From contig CAJORF010000140.1 of the NCBI GenBank assembly GCA_905236985.1, positions 5,973 to 69,972 of the forward strand: a DNA stretch of 64,000 nucleotides, read 5' to 3'. A program made the position numbers and the translations under genes. The stretch comes from an uncultured Bacteroidaceae bacterium (GTDB lineage: Bacteria; Bacteroidota; Bacteroidia; Bacteroidales; Bacteroidaceae). Numbering within the stretch: the first letter of the stretch is position 1; the number at the start of each line of letters is the position of its first letter. Of the stretch, positions 62,719-64,000 are shown piece by piece. The notes below the pieces were generated by a model. That model had not been told where the DNA came from. It saw only the letters and a program-made list of their open reading frames with translations, and made no database searches.

Positions 62719-64000
62719 TTAATTGAAACGCTGGTTTTGAACCAATTCAGCATATTTCCAATTTCGTTTCAGAAGTTCTGAATGGGTTCCTGATTCTACA
62801 ATACATCCATTGTTAAATACCAATATCTGGTCTGCATTGCTAATCGTACTTAACCGATGGGCGGCAATAATCACAGTTTTACCTTTCAATGCTGTATTAA
62901 GATTTTTATATATTTGGCGTTCATTGATAGCATCCAATGCATTTGTGGCTTCATCTAACAAGAATAGATTTGGACGTTTATAAATCGCTCTTGCAAGTAA
63001 TATACGTTGTCGCTGTCCAGAACTAAGAGACATTCCTTCCGCTCCTATCTTTGTTCTTAATCCTATTGGCAAGTCAAACACAAAATCGGCACAGGCTATT
63101 TGTAAAGCATCTTTAATGCGTTCAATAGAAGGAGATTTGTCACCCAAAGCAACATTCTTGATAATTGTATCAGAGAATATATAACCGTCTTGCATAACGG
63201 AACCAATGTTCTTGCGCCATGCCAACATATCTATTTTTGATAGCTCTTGATCACCTATGTAGATATTTCCTTCGTCAGGAATATAAAAGCCAAGTAGCAA
63301 TTTCATAAAGGTAGTTTTTCCACTACCACTCATCCCAACTAAAGCCGTAGTCTTCCCTGCAGGAATAACGGCATTAACGCCATTTAGGGCAGGACGTTTT
63401 GCATCAATATCGTATGAGAAACTGAGATTACTAACTTGAATAGCAGGCGAAGCTATGCTGTTAATAATCTCTCCACCAAGTCTCTCTGGTTCAGCCGATG
63501 CTATATAATTCACGCGGCTTAATGCTATTCTCATACTTTGTGTTTCTCTGATAAATCCTGTAACAATATGAAGCGGATTCTCCATACTGCCAATAATATA
63601 CTGGACAGCCATCATTGAGCCTAATGTAGTGCTGCCATCAATTACAGCTTTAGCCATAAGATAAATGACAACTGCATCAACAACTTGGAATATAAAAACG
63701 CTTCCTAATTCCTGTTTCTGTGAAAGCATAAGGCTACGACGGCTTATTCCAAATAAATCATTGCGGAGATTTCGCCAAATTTCAAGCCGTTCATTTTCTG
63801 CACTTGCTAACTTAAGTTCGGTCATTCCACGCAAGAATTGAATTAATTCTTCATGAGACTTTGATGCAGAAAGAAAATATTCATAATCCAATATTTTACG
63901 TTTTCTCAGGAACAGGAGTATATAGCATACATATATGATAGCACCGCTGAAAAATACACAAAACAGAATAGGGTATAGGTGAAGCAATATTCCACCATAA
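62719..64000 (-). CDS. ABC transporter permease/ATP-binding protein (peptide exporter type); the N-terminus lies beyond the window end
   Basis: The frame stays open through nt 64000; the TTG at 63987 in the ORF track is not the real start. Motifs include Walker A GMSGSGKTT, signature LSSGQRQR and Walker B LFLLDEATNALD. The preceding TMD segment is homologous to the two C39-ABC proteins. Confidence 0.9.
   Translation of the reverse strand, partial: YGGILLHLYPILFCVFFSGAIIYVCYILLFLRKRKILDYEYFLSASKSHEELIQFLRGMTELKLASAENERLEIWRNLRNDLFGISRRSLMLSQKQELGSVFIFQVVDAVVIYLMAKAVIDGSTTLGSMMAVQYIIGSMENPLHIVTGFIRETQSMRIALSRVNYIASAEPERLGGEIINSIASPAIQVSNLSFSYDIDAKRPALNGVNAVIPAGKTTALVGMSGSGKTTFMKLLLGFYIPDEGNIYIGDQELSKIDMLAWRKNIGSVMQDGYIFSDTIIKNVALGDKSPSIERIKDALQIACADFVFDLPIGLRTKIGAEGMSLSSGQRQRILLARAIYKRPNLFLLDEATNALDAINERQIYKNLNTALKGKTVIIAAHRLSTISNADQILVFNNGCIVESGTHSELLKRNWKYAELVQNQRFN

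Noticed and set aside
1-64000. Search for tRNA, rRNA, CRISPR arrays, transposases, integrases, and toxin-antitoxin or restriction-type defence genes
   Set aside because: None of the intergenic regions shows tRNA-like or direct-repeat/spacer structure, and no ORF shows the corresponding motifs. The only defence-adjacent hints are the RhuM-family remnant and the DUF4143 ATPase.

Overview
This window looks like a Bacteroidales (Prevotella-like) chromosomal segment. The evidence is TAnnTTTG -7 promoter boxes, type IX secretion genes (sprA, porU, porV) and lipoproteins with Bacteroidota-style signal peptides.

The first 18 kb is an all-plus-strand accessory locus for peptide or bacteriocin production and export:
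- a TolC/HlyD/C39-ABC exporter;
- a truncated thioredoxin-fold remnant;
- a short LanC-like protein;
- a GT4 glycosyltransferase;
- a 97-aa double-glycine-leader, Cys-rich precursor;
- two plug-type outer-membrane beta-barrels;
- a second C39-ABC transporter overlapping the second barrel gene, followed by a HlyD that lacks its coiled-coil hairpin.

From 18.5 to 23.3 kb lie two tandem paralogous lipoproteins. Each contains about 16 copies of a 21-residue Ile/Asn-rich repeat that I do not recognise. From 23.4 to 28 kb there are three minus-strand genes (AAA/DUF4143 ATPase, small secreted FMN-binding protein, P-type Ca-ATPase), each followed by a copy of a roughly 40-bp intergenic repeat.

From 28 to 60.5 kb the content is mostly housekeeping: S9 peptidase, leuB, TPR protein, tandem SGNH esterase, ruvA, sprA, purB, an rluB-like gene, asnS, GH3, ispF, porV, porU, FAH-family protein, Gfo/Idh/MocA oxidoreductase and a HEAT+DUF1080 protein.

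The last 3.5 kb is a visibly AT-rich island. It holds gene remnants, two more copies of the repeat, a radical SAM/SPASM peptide maturase and a window-truncated ABC exporter. I found no rRNA, tRNA, CRISPR array, transposase or integrase.

All functional calls rest on motif and family recognition by eye. No database search was run.
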